Notes: a model not told the origin generated them from the letters alone. Positions 10,520 through 20,471 are shown, numbered from the stretch's first letter. The stretch: 48,687 nucleotides of DNA from an uncultured Bacilli bacterium (GCA_944367495.1 CALVWP010000005.1:1-48687); one strand, 5' to 3'. Numbers and translations are program-made.

Positions 10520-11605
10520 CTATTCTTTAGCGCCCATTTTCTTAATAACAACATCATATATAATTCCAATACCTATAATTGTCGAAAGCATAGATACGAT
10601 AAAACTAATACCTGGAATCAAATTTAAAATAAATAATATTGCATAGCCAAAAATACCCACCACTAGCATATTTATATCTTTGTTAAAAAACTTTTGCCAT
10701 AATTTAAAACCAAGTAGATAACCGGTAAAAACCGTTGATAAATAAACTATTATAAAATATAAAGCTAATAAAATAAGAGCAAGTGGAATACCAATTGTCA
10801 TCAAAAGTAAAATCAATATCACAATCGGTACAAATATTAAAAATAATAGTCCTTTTGTAAACGTTTCCATACCTTTATTAAAATCAAATTTTTCATATTC
10901 ATTTTGTATATTTATAAACATTTTAGAAGCCGCTAAACTAAGCACAGCAAAAATCAAAATAACTGACATAAAAGACCAAATCTTATTCATAATTAAATTA
11001 GCTAAAGATTCTTCTTCATTTTGTATTTCTTTAGTTTTAATAATCTCGCCTTTTACAGTTCCTTTTTCTATACTTGCTTCAGCATCACTAGGATAAGATA
11101 AATTACCACCTATTTGTGTATCACTATCAACTTTTAAACTTGTCGCATATACTTTAACATTACCCTCAATCTTAACTCCATCAAAACTAACAGAAGATGC
11201 ATATACACTTATATTTCTAGAAATAGTTCCACTAATTTTTACATCAGCGCCCGCTATCACCACATCACGGTTTAACTTAGCCCCTTTCTTAATGTCGATC
11301 AAATTACCAGCTATAAATGCATCTTTATTAACCTGTCCATCAACTTCAAGCGAATTACCCGCAAAAACAGCATACTCACTGTCACCGTTAAAAACTACCT
11401 GATTTCCAAGTAAAAAACTTACTCCATCCGCACTTCCATCCATCTGGACGTTTGCTCCTGCTAAAACAGTAGATCCTGCCACCTTATCTTCTGATTTTAT
11501 ATCAGAATCAATCATTCCATAAAAATGATCAACCGTCTTAGCCTGAACCGTTCCCACACATACAAAAAGCATTGCTATAAATATTAATAATTTTTTCATA
11601 TTCAC
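10520..11605 (-). CDS. Membrane protein with an N-terminal repetitive beta-rich (bactofilin/polymer-forming-like) ectodomain and a C-terminal multi-TM domain
   Basis: Signal peptide MKKLLIFIAMLFVCVGTVQA. Repeated G..V...G pattern. Four or five C-terminal TM helices. No firm family call. Confidence 0.5.
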   Translation of the reverse strand: MNMKKLLIFIAMLFVCVGTVQAKTVDHFYGMIDSDIKSEDKVAGSTVLAGANVQMDGSADGVSFLLGNQVVFNGDSEYAVFAGNSLEVDGQVNKDAFIAGNLIDIKKGAKLNRDVVIAGADVKISGTISRNISVYASSVSFDGVKIEGNVKVYATSLKVDSDTQIGGNLSYPSDAEASIEKGTVKGEIIKTKEIQNEEESLANLIMNKIWSFMSVILIFAVLSLAASKMFINIQNEYEKFDFNKGMETFTKGLLFLIFVPIVILILLLMTIGIPLALILLALYFIIVYLSTVFTGYLLGFKLWQKFFNKDINMLVVGIFGYAILFILNLIPGISFIVSMLSTIIGIGIIYDVVIKKMGAKE

Positions 11606-11609
11606 CCTC

Positions 11610-12209
11610 CTAATAAGTAACCTCTAAATAACCGTCCGGCACCTTAAATAAATCATCATCAGCCTTACCTTTCATTAAATTAAATCTATAAAACAAAGTT
11701 ATCTGTATACCTTGATATTTTATATATACTAAATCATCTCCACTAAAATAATATGTTGACTGTTCATTATCATAAACATATTTTTCATATATATACTTTT
11801 TCCCATAAATTTTCTCTTCACCAGTCTCATACCCTTTAGTTCTCAAACCTTTTATATCATTAGGTAAAATACCATGAGAATAATCCTTAACCGCACTTTC
11901 TTGCTTGTTATAATTTTTCATCTGTCCATCAATATTATAAACATAACCATCTTTCCAAATATTTATAACATTAATAACTCCATCCATCTCATAGTAATAC
12001 TCATCACCTTTTCTTGCCATAATTATTTTAGTATCATCATTTTTACTATTATTTCGGTCCCAAAGTTCTAAATAATAATTATTAGGATCTAAATCTTTAA
12101 AAAATAAATAAGTCTTAGAATCACCATTTGCTTTATCAATAGTCTGCGTTTCCATCCCACATCCTACAAGTAACAAAGTAAATACACAAATTATTATTTT
12201 TTTTATCAT
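11610..12209 (-). CDS. Lipoprotein, function unknown
   Basis: Lipobox MIKKIIICVFTLLLVGCG. Tyr/Asp-rich beta-type sequence. Confidence 0.55.
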   Translation of the reverse strand: MIKKIIICVFTLLLVGCGMETQTIDKANGDSKTYLFFKDLDPNNYYLELWDRNNSKNDDTKIIMARKGDEYYYEMDGVINVINIWKDGYVYNIDGQMKNYNKQESAVKDYSHGILPNDIKGLRTKGYETGEEKIYGKKYIYEKYVYDNEQSTYYFSGDDLVYIKYQGIQITLFYRFNLMKGKADDDLFKVPDGYLEVTY

Positions 12210-13474
12210 TTTGATCTAGCCCTCAAATACTCCGCAAATCCTAATAATAATTTTTTCTTTTCTAAATCTAAAAAGTCCAAATCTAAAATAGCTTTAAAAC
12301 TTTCATTAAATAACTCATCCATCATTTTTTCCGCATAATCGTGAGCTCCTGATTTATCAAAAATTTCCTTAACCTTTTCCATATCACTAATCTTAACATT
12401 TTTACCATAATATTTTAAAAGTTCATCTTTATATTCAGTATTTATAACATAAGCATATAAAATAGTTTGTTTAAACTCACTAACATCAGAAGTAACTGAT
12501 TTCCCTATATGCTTCTCATCCCCATAAATACCAATCAAATCATCTTTAATCTGAAAAGCCACTCCTAAATTAATCAAAGCATCTTCTAACCTATGTGTCT
12601 TTTCCTCATCACAGCCTCCTAAAATAGCTCCTAAAACATAAGGCCCAACCACTGAATACCAAGCAGTTTTTAACTTATAAATTTCCATAACATGACTTTC
12701 TACATCTTCTTCACCATAAAACTCTTCATAAAATGGTAAAATAACATCCACCATTTCTCCCTCACAAGTTTTAATAGCCACATCATTATAATATTCTAAA
12801 ACCCGATCTAAATTTTCATTATTTCTATAATTTTTAACAATCACCTGTAAAGCTAAATAAAACCCTAAATCACCTAAACATAAAGCCATTGAATTGCTGG
12901 TGTCTTTTCTCTTTACCTCAAAATCATTTCCCCCTTTAATCTGATCACTGTATATTTTTTGATATTTAATAGGAATTGTATCTAAACCTCTTCTTTTATC
13001 AGCTTTATCAATAATATCATCATGAATCAAAATAGAAGTTTGAAATAACTCTAAAGCAATACCTAAAGCTAAATAATCATTATCATTCTTAAAACTTTGA
13101 TAGCCTAAAGCAATTAAACATGCTCTTAAAAACTTACCACCTTTATTACTGGAAGTAAATTGTTCTAAAGCCTCCTGTAAAAACCTGTTATTATAACCTT
13201 TAACAAATAAATCATTGTAATCATCCATCTTTAAAACAAATTCATCTTTAACCTTTAAATAATATTTCAAAAAGGAATACATTACCTCTATTTTTTTTAC
13301 TTCTCCATCTTCATCTAAAATAAATCCAATTTTTTTATTATATAAATTTTTATCACCTAAAAACCATCTTAAAAACTCTTCCCCATTTTTTAAAACAACA
13401 ACCTCATCATTATTATATTCCCTATTACTTATAACATAATCGTTTTCTTTTATTATCTTATCAACCTCAGACAT
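12206..13474 (-). CDS. Polyprenyl (trans-isoprenyl) diphosphate synthase with an N-terminal extension
   Basis: First and second Asp-rich motifs LIHDDIIDKAD and FQIKDDLIG. Chain-length specificity cannot be called. Confidence 0.85.
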   Translation of the reverse strand: MSEVDKIIKENDYVISNREYNNDEVVVLKNGEEFLRWFLGDKNLYNKKIGFILDEDGEVKKIEVMYSFLKYYLKVKDEFVLKMDDYNDLFVKGYNNRFLQEALEQFTSSNKGGKFLRACLIALGYQSFKNDNDYLALGIALELFQTSILIHDDIIDKADKRRGLDTIPIKYQKIYSDQIKGGNDFEVKRKDTSNSMALCLGDLGFYLALQVIVKNYRNNENLDRVLEYYNDVAIKTCEGEMVDVILPFYEEFYGEEDVESHVMEIYKLKTAWYSVVGPYVLGAILGGCDEEKTHRLEDALINLGVAFQIKDDLIGIYGDEKHIGKSVTSDVSEFKQTILYAYVINTEYKDELLKYYGKNVKISDMEKVKEIFDKSGAHDYAEKMMDELFNESFKAILDLDFLDLEKKKLLLGFAEYLRARSK

Positions 13475-13561
13475 ATCAAATCCTCCTAAAATAATTGTAC
13501 CAAATCGCTGAACCGAAGTCTAGTAACCTTAAAAACAAAACAAATTAAAAATTTTTACACT

Positions 13562-13585
13562 CAAAAGCGACCGCTCAGCGATCGC
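13562..13585 (-). terminator. Rho-independent terminator ending the remote DGR-target transcript
   Basis: GC-rich hairpin GCGATCGCTGAGCGGTCGC followed by TTTT on the minus strand. It lies just distal to the conserved 146-nt module. Confidence 0.55.
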
Positions 13586-13652
13586 ACCTATACTTGCTTT
13601 TTAGCTATTTTACTGCATTTATTTATTCACATACATTTTTTATATATTTTAT

Positions 13653-13798
13653 ATTACTAGCATTATCCCTAAAAATTCGTGTCAATTGCTTAGATCATCA
13701 AGCAATTGACAATCCCTTGCGAGGTCTCGTTTTCACTCGCCCCGCTTTCCAAAACTCCTTTGGAGTTTTGCTTATGTGAAAAACTTTCATTTATCACC
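13653..13798 (-). repeat. Conserved 146-nt post-VR module, copy 1, with two perfect hairpins (13681..13710 and 13750..13770)
   Basis: Identical to 46363..46508 (offset exactly 32,710 bp) except inside the two hairpin loops. Stems are GTCAATTGCTT/AAGCAATTGAC and CAAAACTCC/GGAGTTTTG. Confidence 0.9.
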
Positions 13799-15064
13799 CT
13801 AATTTATCACAAACGGATCTAAAGCTTCTCCACTTCCACTCAAGCTGATATCTGAACTTAGAGTAATGGCGGGAAGAACCGCAATAGCATTACGCGCGGT
13901 GTAGCTGTCCAAATAGCCGTAGGTGCGCACAACAAAGACGCTGAAAGAATCACTGGCATAAGGCGATATTGTCCAATAATCTGTTCCTTTAACTAGCCAA
14001 TTCGTTGTTTTACATGTATTATAGTTATCATTATTTAAACTTAAACTTCCACATTGATCTTTGTTTGTATTGGCTCTTAAATATTCACTGGCTGTAATGA
14101 GTCCTACACTGGCTGTCTGTGACTGTGTTCCATTTTCAGCTGCTATTTGATCGGCTAAATCGTTATTATCATAAGTTTCTCCACCTATACTCCATGTACT
14201 AGGTACTATCTTATCTTGATTTGTCGTTATACTCTCTAAATATTCGCCATTTAAATATGTCTTTAAATCAGCTGGTCTATCCCAACTGTTTGAACCCATT
14301 GATACACCAGTTGTATCAAATGTTCTTTTGGAAAGTAATTCATTTCTGACAATCTTTATTCTACCATCTGCTTCGACTGAAAGTATTCGCCATGTTTCAT
14401 TGTTAAAAGTGATATAGTTGTTAGGATTAGTTCCTTTATAAATAAATCTACCACTTTCATATTCATCTTGATATAATCCATCACCTTCAGTAACAGCTAA
14501 TGCTTTTAAATCATCTGAAGTAATTTCAGATGGTGTTGGTGGGATTACTGTACCATTACTTTGTCCATAATCTAATGTTACCGTAATTGTGGCAGTCGTA
14601 TTTTCTGGTTGACTGGTAATACTTGGGTTATAAGTTACTATTACCGTTAATATATCAGTCTCTGATGCTTTTAATTCATCTCCCTCTTCTATTCCACTTG
14701 TCTCAAACGTTATAGCTTCATTATTTGAATTATTTACTTTTATGCTATTTAAAACAGCATCTATATTTCCCTCATTAGCTACCGTTATATCATATTTCAT
14801 CGAATCTCCCGGTGATACTAAATTTGTTTTAAAAGTAGCTGTTGTATCTGTATAACTAGGTTCTATGGCATTACTTGCACTCCCACTTTGTACATTACTT
14901 TGTATATCAGTTATTCTAACTAAGAAATTACTTCTTATATTAGATGTACCGGTTATTTTTAACTGACTTTGAAATGCGGCATAACCTACTACCATTATCA
15001 ATAATATCGCACATAGTCCCATTATCATATAATTTCTCTGCGTCCTATTTAATCTTCTATTCAT
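13799..15064 (-). CDS. DGR target protein, remote copy: signal-anchored secreted/surface protein with a hypervariable C-terminal domain
   Basis: Paralog of 46509..47777. N-terminal anchor NYMIMGLCAILLIMVVGYAAF. The C-terminus contains VR1. Start taken at ATG 15064 after GGGAGTGA; the track start is a GTG inside the RBS. Confidence 0.85.
   Translation of the reverse strand: MNRRLNRTQRNYMIMGLCAILLIMVVGYAAFQSQLKITGTSNIRSNFLVRITDIQSNVQSGSASNAIEPSYTDTTATFKTNLVSPGDSMKYDITVANEGNIDAVLNSIKVNNSNNEAITFETSGIEEGDELKASETDILTVIVTYNPSITSQPENTTATITVTLDYGQSNGTVIPPTPSEITSDDLKALAVTEGDGLYQDEYESGRFIYKGTNPNNYITFNNETWRILSVEADGRIKIVRNELLSKRTFDTTGVSMGSNSWDRPADLKTYLNGEYLESITTNQDKIVPSTWSIGGETYDNNDLADQIAAENGTQSQTASVGLITASEYLRANTNKDQCGSLSLNNDNYNTCKTTNWLVKGTDYWTISPYASDSFSVFVVRTYGYLDSYTARNAIAVLPAITLSSDISLSGSGEALDPFVIN
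13857..13966 (-). repeat. DGR variable repeat VR1 (remote target), including IMH at its 3' (low-coordinate) end
   Basis: 110 bp, collinear with TR 46230..46339. In the variable part, 19 of 20 differences fall at TR adenines on the coding strand; one non-A change is at 13923. The IMH-type end GCGGTTCTTCCCGCCATTACTCTAAG is identical to VR2. Confidence 0.9.
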
Positions 15065-15144
15065 TACTTTCACTCCCTATTTTCTAGTATAAATACTCAT
15101 AGCTATTTTATACCAAATTGTTATAAATTCTATCTTATAGTTAA

Positions 15145-15173
15145 ATATTAGCATTCAAATAAATGCCTGTCAA
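15145..15173 (-). promoter_or_regulatory. Sigma-A type promoter of the remote DGR target gene
   Basis: Minus strand reads TTGACA, 17 nt, then TGcTAATAT (extended -10). It lies about 75 nt upstream of the start codon. Confidence 0.55.
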
Positions 15174-15218
15174 GGAATTCAAATAAATTCTTGTTAAAAT
15201 TTTATTAGGGGTGCTAAA

Positions 15219-15434
15219 ATGTACTTGAGGAAATTAAAAGATTTGCATATTGATAACGATTTATATCAAAAAGAAGTTGCCGACATCCTCAAAATAACTA
15301 GACAACAATACGGTCTATATGAAAGTGGAAAAAGAGATATTCCTATAGACTTATTAATTAAATTGGCTGATTTTTATCATGTCAGTACCAATTATATTTT
15401 AAATAGAACCAAGCAAAAAGAGTTAGTTAAATAA
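15219..15434 (+). CDS. XRE-family helix-turn-helix transcriptional regulator
   Basis: 71 aa. HTH_3 signature YQKEVADILKITRQQYGLYESGKRDIPIDLLIKLADFYHVSTNYIL. Divergent from the remote DGR target. Confidence 0.85.
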   Translation: MYLRKLKDLHIDNDLYQKEVADILKITRQQYGLYESGKRDIPIDLLIKLADFYHVSTNYILNRTKQKELVK

Positions 15435-15437
15435 AGA

Positions 15438-16322
15438 CTAACTCTTAATTTTATCTGATAATTTATAAACTATAAATAATATAATAGCTATAACTAATGC
15501 CCCAATTCCACTATAAAGTATAGGTTTAGTTAAATAATTAGTTAAACTAGTTGCTAGTAAAGATAAATCTGTTTGATTCATCATTTCTATAACTAAACTA
15601 GGCATTATAAATGAAATACCAACAGTCACTAAACCGGCTAATAATAATGCAATTCCCATATTAACGCACCATTCAAACTCTTTTCTTTTAAGAATGATAA
15701 TGACTAAACCACTGACAGTCAAACAAACACATAATATTATTTTTGTCTCAAAACTAAATAAGTTATGAACAACTTTAATATCTGATTTATATTCTTCAGT
15801 CATTATTTCCTGAAAACTAGGAATAACTTTAACAATATCTGGAAGTTGTTTTTTCACTTCTCTTAAAAACTTTTCTTTTTGACCATCATCAATTTCTATA
15901 TCATTTTCTTTTAATACATCATCTAAATTATCGTCGATGAGTTTATAGACATCCTCTTCTGAAAGCACTTTAGAATTTTTTCCATTTATTACATAATCTG
16001 TTAAATTGCCAGTCACTTCTCCAATAATTTCCTTAGTAAAATTAGAATCAATAATTTGGTCAACCACTTCCTCCGAAACAGAAAATTGTGAAGCTAAAGA
16101 ATACATCTCATCGACAATCTGAGCCACACCGTTAGATCCTTCTGAACTTCCACTATTTTTTATTTTTTTAACTTCAGTCAAAAGGTCAACTTGCTTCATA
16201 TTATTTACAATATTTTCCTTAGTAGCAAAATTACTTACATTAAAAATACATATAGTAATAAAGACTAAAATTCCAAAAACAATCGTAAATAAACCGGCAA
16301 TAAAACTTTTAAGGAAATTCAT
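15438..16322 (-). CDS. Integral membrane protein, function unknown
   Basis: N-terminal TM helix, acidic central region and three C-terminal TM helices. Start at ATG 16322 after GGGTGA. Confidence 0.5.
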   Translation of the reverse strand: MNFLKSFIAGLFTIVFGILVFITICIFNVSNFATKENIVNNMKQVDLLTEVKKIKNSGSSEGSNGVAQIVDEMYSLASQFSVSEEVVDQIIDSNFTKEIIGEVTGNLTDYVINGKNSKVLSEEDVYKLIDDNLDDVLKENDIEIDDGQKEKFLREVKKQLPDIVKVIPSFQEIMTEEYKSDIKVVHNLFSFETKIILCVCLTVSGLVIIILKRKEFEWCVNMGIALLLAGLVTVGISFIMPSLVIEMMNQTDLSLLATSLTNYLTKPILYSGIGALVIAIILFIVYKLSDKIKS

Positions 16323-16430
16323 AAAATCACCCATTCCATTAGCTAAATTATATCATGTAATCACTAAGCAAGCAAATTATATATTTCAAATAATTAATAC
16401 TTGTATGCTATAATATTTATGGTGATTCGA

Positions 16431-17636
16431 ATGAAAGAAGTTGTTATAATCGGTGGCGGAGCTGCCGGCCTCACAGCTGCTATCTGGGCGGCAAGAGATG
16501 GAAAAAAAGTAACTATAATTGAAAGAAATAACAAATGTGGAAAAAAACTATCTATTACTGGCAATGGTAAATGCAATTTTTGGAATCAAGATATGTCTTT
16601 AAGTCATTACCACTCATCTTCAGATAATCTTGAAAATTTTATTACAAAAGAAAGAATAGATAGTGTTTTAAAATTTTTCGACTCCCTAGGAGTTATATAC
16701 AAAGTCAAAAACGGTTATTACTACCCTTTTACTAATCAAGCCTTCACTATTACAAATGCTCTAATTTTAGAATGTCAAAAATTAAATATTGAAATTATAA
16801 ATGATATTACCGTTAAAAAAATAATTAAAAAAGATCATTTTATAATAAATCCTCATGAAGAAAATATTATTGCTAAAAATGTAATCATTGCCACAGGTTC
16901 CAAAGCCGCACCTAAAACCGGCTCTGATGGCTTGGGCTATGAACTAGCTAAAGATTTAGGTCACCATATTATCGCTCCCTTACCATCATTAGTTCAGTTA
17001 GAAGGAGAAGAGTCTTATTTTAAAAACTGGAGTGGCATTAGATGTGAAGTCGAAGCTAAAGCCTATATTGAAAATGAATTTATTAAAAGTGAAATTGGTG
17101 AAATTCAACTTACTAATTACGGTGTCAGCGGCATATGCATTTTTAACTTAAGTGAAGAAATTTCCAAAGCTTTATATCATCAAAAAAAAGTTCATTTAAA
17201 ATTAAATTTCATACCATTTGTCAAAGACAATTATCAAACATTTTTAAAAAATATAAACAACAATTCATCTAAAAAAACCATCAGTGAACTACTAGAGGGA
17301 TTTATACACTATAAACTAGTAGATATAATTTTAAAAAAGGCTAATCTTCAAAGAAATTTAATACTAAATTCTCTATCTAATATAGAATTAAATAAACTCA
17401 TAAATACCCTCACCAACTTTGAAATTCCTATTACTAAAGTGCACTCTTTAGATCATGCGCAAGTTTGTTCAGGTGGTATTCCTTTAGATGAAATAAACTG
17501 TCACACATTAGAATCTTTAAAAGTAAAACATTTATATTTTGCTGGGGAAATTATCGATATCGATGGTGATTGTGGCGGTTATAATTTAGGCTGGGCTTGG
17601 ATAAGTGGTATGGTAGCCGGAAAGAATGTGAAATAA
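16431..17636 (+). CDS. HI0933/YhiN-family NAD(P)/FAD-dependent oxidoreductase
   Basis: Dinucleotide-binding motif VVIIGGGAAGLTAA at the N-terminus and C-terminal GEIIDIDGDCGGYNL typical of HI0933-like flavoproteins. Start at ATG 16431. An extended -10 TGcTATAAT lies at 16406..16414. Confidence 0.8.
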   Translation: MKEVVIIGGGAAGLTAAIWAARDGKKVTIIERNNKCGKKLSITGNGKCNFWNQDMSLSHYHSSSDNLENFITKERIDSVLKFFDSLGVIYKVKNGYYYPFTNQAFTITNALILECQKLNIEIINDITVKKIIKKDHFIINPHEENIIAKNVIIATGSKAAPKTGSDGLGYELAKDLGHHIIAPLPSLVQLEGEESYFKNWSGIRCEVEAKAYIENEFIKSEIGEIQLTNYGVSGICIFNLSEEISKALYHQKKVHLKLNFIPFVKDNYQTFLKNINNNSSKKTISELLEGFIHYKLVDIILKKANLQRNLILNSLSNIELNKLINTLTNFEIPITKVHSLDHAQVCSGGIPLDEINCHTLESLKVKHLYFAGEIIDIDGDCGGYNLGWAWISGMVAGKNVK

Positions 17637-19211
17637 ATGCTTAGAGTAAAACAAATAAAATTAAAAATTGATCAAACAGAAAAAGATTTAAAAACTAAAA
17701 TAGCTCAAAAATTAAAAATAAAAGAAAGCGATATTTTAAATTTAATTATAAATAAAAAGTCTTTAGATGCTAGAGACAAAAATAATTTAATTTATGTATA
17801 TGAAATTGATATAAATGTTAAAAATGAACAAAGTATATTAAAAAAACATTTAAAAGATGTTACAAAAACACCAGACGAAACTTACAAATTACCCAAATCA
17901 GGTAATAAAGTAATAAATAACCAAATTATTATTGTAGGCTCTGGTCCAGCCGGTTTATTTGCCGGGTACATGCTAGCCAAAGCTGGCTATAAACCGCTGA
18001 TTATTGAACGCGGTGAAGATATTGATAACCGTGTTAAAACTGTGGAAAAATTTTGGGAAACTGGTAAGTTAAACTTAAATTCCAATGTTCAATTTGGCGC
18101 AGGTGGCGCCGGTACTTTCTCAGATGGCAAATTAAATACTGGCCATAAAGATATCCGTAACAAAGAAGTTTTAAGAATATTTGTTCAAAATGGTGCACCT
18201 AAAGATATCTTATATTTAAATAAACCACATATTGGTACAGATTTATTAAGAGATGTCATTAAAAATATGATAGAAAAAATTATAAAAATGGGCGGAGAAA
18301 TAAAATACAATACTTGCCTAACTAATATCATAACAGATCAAAACAAATTGACGCACATCGAAATCAATCATCAAAAAACAATCCCCTGTGATAATTTAAT
18401 TTTAGCTTTAGGTCATAGTAGCCGCGATACTTTTGAAATGTTATTAAAACAAGGTTTAAATATCGTGCCAAAACCATTTGCCGTTGGTCTTCGTATCCAA
18501 CACCCACAATTTTTAATCAACTATTCACAGTATGGTACTAATCACTTAAATCTTCCACCTGCCTCATATAAGCTGACATATCAAACTTCTAAAAAAAGAG
18601 GAGTTTATACCTTTTGTATGTGCCCAGGTGGTTATGTTGTAAATGCCTCATCAGAAAAAAACATGTTAGTTGTAAATGGCATGAGTAATCATAGTCGAAA
18701 TAGTGAAAATGCGAATAGTGCTATTATCGTTACCATATCACCAGAAGACTATGGAAAAAATCCTTTAGATGGAATAAATTTTCAAAGAAAATTAGAAAAA
18801 AAAGCTTACGAAATTGGTGGCGGAAATATTCCTGTTCAATTATTTAAAGATTTTGTTCAAAATAAACCAAGTCAAAAATTTAACTCTATAAACCCAATTT
18901 TTAAAGGAAATTATGTCTTAACTAATCTGAGAGATATTTTTCCACCATATATTTTCGAAGCCTTAATCGAAGGTATTCAAAATTTTGGTAAAAAAATAAA
19001 AGGATTTGACTGTGATGATGCTATTTTAGCTGCCTGCGAATCTAGAACTTCTTCACCAATTAAAATATTAAGAGATGAAAACCTCACCTCAAACATTCAA
19101 GGAATATACCCTTGTGGTGAAGGAGCTGGGTATGCTGGCGGCATTATGACATCAGCTATTGATGGAATTAAAATTGCCGAAATTCTCATAAAAACTTATA
19201 AGCCATTATAA
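17637..19211 (+). CDS. Uncharacterised FAD-dependent dehydrogenase (COG2509-like)
   Basis: IIIVGSGPAGLFAG Rossmann motif and C-terminal GEGAGYAGGIMTSAIDG. Start abuts the upstream stop. Confidence 0.75.
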   Translation: MLRVKQIKLKIDQTEKDLKTKIAQKLKIKESDILNLIINKKSLDARDKNNLIYVYEIDINVKNEQSILKKHLKDVTKTPDETYKLPKSGNKVINNQIIIVGSGPAGLFAGYMLAKAGYKPLIIERGEDIDNRVKTVEKFWETGKLNLNSNVQFGAGGAGTFSDGKLNTGHKDIRNKEVLRIFVQNGAPKDILYLNKPHIGTDLLRDVIKNMIEKIIKMGGEIKYNTCLTNIITDQNKLTHIEINHQKTIPCDNLILALGHSSRDTFEMLLKQGLNIVPKPFAVGLRIQHPQFLINYSQYGTNHLNLPPASYKLTYQTSKKRGVYTFCMCPGGYVVNASSEKNMLVVNGMSNHSRNSENANSAIIVTISPEDYGKNPLDGINFQRKLEKKAYEIGGGNIPVQLFKDFVQNKPSQKFNSINPIFKGNYVLTNLRDIFPPYIFEALIEGIQNFGKKIKGFDCDDAILAACESRTSSPIKILRDENLTSNIQGIYPCGEGAGYAGGIMTSAIDGIKIAEILIKTYKPL

Positions 19212-19214
19212 AAG

Positions 19215-19246
19215 CTTCGTTTTATTTTTCAAAACGAAGTTTTTAT
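19215..19246 (+). terminator. Rho-independent terminator
   Basis: Stem CTTCGTTTT / AAAACGAAG with a 7-nt loop, followed by TTTTTATT. Confidence 0.75.
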
Positions 19247-19364
19247 TACTCAATAGCACATTACCATCCAAACACAAATTTTGCATTGAAAGGCGTACTC
19301 TTAGTTTAGGACTATATTTTTCATCGTATCGTTTTAAACTAGGACTAATCACACTTTTACGAAT

Positions 19365-20471
19365 TTAAATTTCATTTTTGTCACAGTTTTGCTCTTCTTC
19401 GCCAATCGTACTTACATATTCACCCTTTAAAATTCTATCATAGAACAAGATTTTTCTTTTAAATATATTAGTTACATTTACTAAATAAAATATGCCAAGT
19501 AATAAAACATATATTGCTCCAATTACAAATACTAAAACATTAGGCAAACTAAAATTCTTTATCACAAAAATAAACAAAAATCCAAAACCAAAAGGTATAA
19601 TTACATAATACAAAATTATTAAAAATAATCTTAAACATAATCTTAATAATCTTTTATTAGGGAACACTAACCTCATATTTAAAAACCTACTTCCCAAAGT
19701 TTGACCATTAAGTATAAATGGTATAATCACATAATAAATAATTAATGAAACAAAAGATATATGATTTACATTAATTAAAGATCCTAAAATTCCCGTAAAA
19801 ATCATCCATAAAAATACGTCTAATCCAAATCTCGTCATCCTTCTAAGGCCGCTAACCTTTTTACCTTCCTCAAAAGACTGAAAATCTATATTATCTCTAG
19901 ATGGTAAAAACTTCATGAATATACCCATAACTAAATAACCAATAACCCCGCCTAACGTGTTGATCACTAAATCATCAACATCAAATAAGCGATATGGATG
20001 AGGGTATATAAAATATAAACCAGTTAACTGCGTTAACTCCAAAAACAAACTAAATATAAAACTAAAGATTACTGTTTTCTTTAAATCATTCTTAAAATAA
20101 TATCTTAAATACATTCCAAACGGCACAAACATTAAAATATTAAACAAAACGGTATAAACACTAGAGCTTTGAAAAAATAGCCAAACATTTTTTATCTCAT
20201 CACTTTTCTTTATAATATCAAGCACAAAATTAAAAGGAATTAATTGAGCTACAGGACTATTCATATCTATACTGTCTCTATCTGGAAGTGGAAAAATAGC
20301 TAAAAAATATACCGAAATTATATAAAGAATAAATGAATAAATAATCAATACTCTAAGTTTATTAATTGAACCATATTTATGATATTGCCATAATATAAAA
20401 GGCATAGTAAACAAAAAGGCTAAAAAAGGAAATGTTAAAAAAGCTACCTTAATTGCTTCTAAATAACTCAT
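19365..20471 (-). CDS. VanZ-like / RDD-domain fusion membrane protein
   Basis: N-terminal half has VanZ features (DVDDLVINTLGGVIGY). C-terminal half is multi-TM and RDD-like. Confidence 0.6.
   Translation of the reverse strand: MSYLEAIKVAFLTFPFLAFLFTMPFILWQYHKYGSINKLRVLIIYSFILYIISVYFLAIFPLPDRDSIDMNSPVAQLIPFNFVLDIIKKSDEIKNVWLFFQSSSVYTVLFNILMFVPFGMYLRYYFKNDLKKTVIFSFIFSLFLELTQLTGLYFIYPHPYRLFDVDDLVINTLGGVIGYLVMGIFMKFLPSRDNIDFQSFEEGKKVSGLRRMTRFGLDVFLWMIFTGILGSLINVNHISFVSLIIYYVIIPFILNGQTLGSRFLNMRLVFPNKRLLRLCLRLFLIILYYVIIPFGFGFLFIFVIKNFSLPNVLVFVIGAIYVLLLGIFYLVNVTNIFKRKILFYDRILKGEYVSTIGEEEQNCDKNEI

Noticed and set aside
13594-13779. 61-aa plus-strand ORF over the conserved post-VR module, and its counterpart 46300..46500 (66 aa, minus strand)
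   Set aside because: The same conserved DNA yields ORFs on opposite strands in the two copies, and one of them runs through the TR. The conservation is explained by hairpin structure and DGR function, so I do not treat these as coding.
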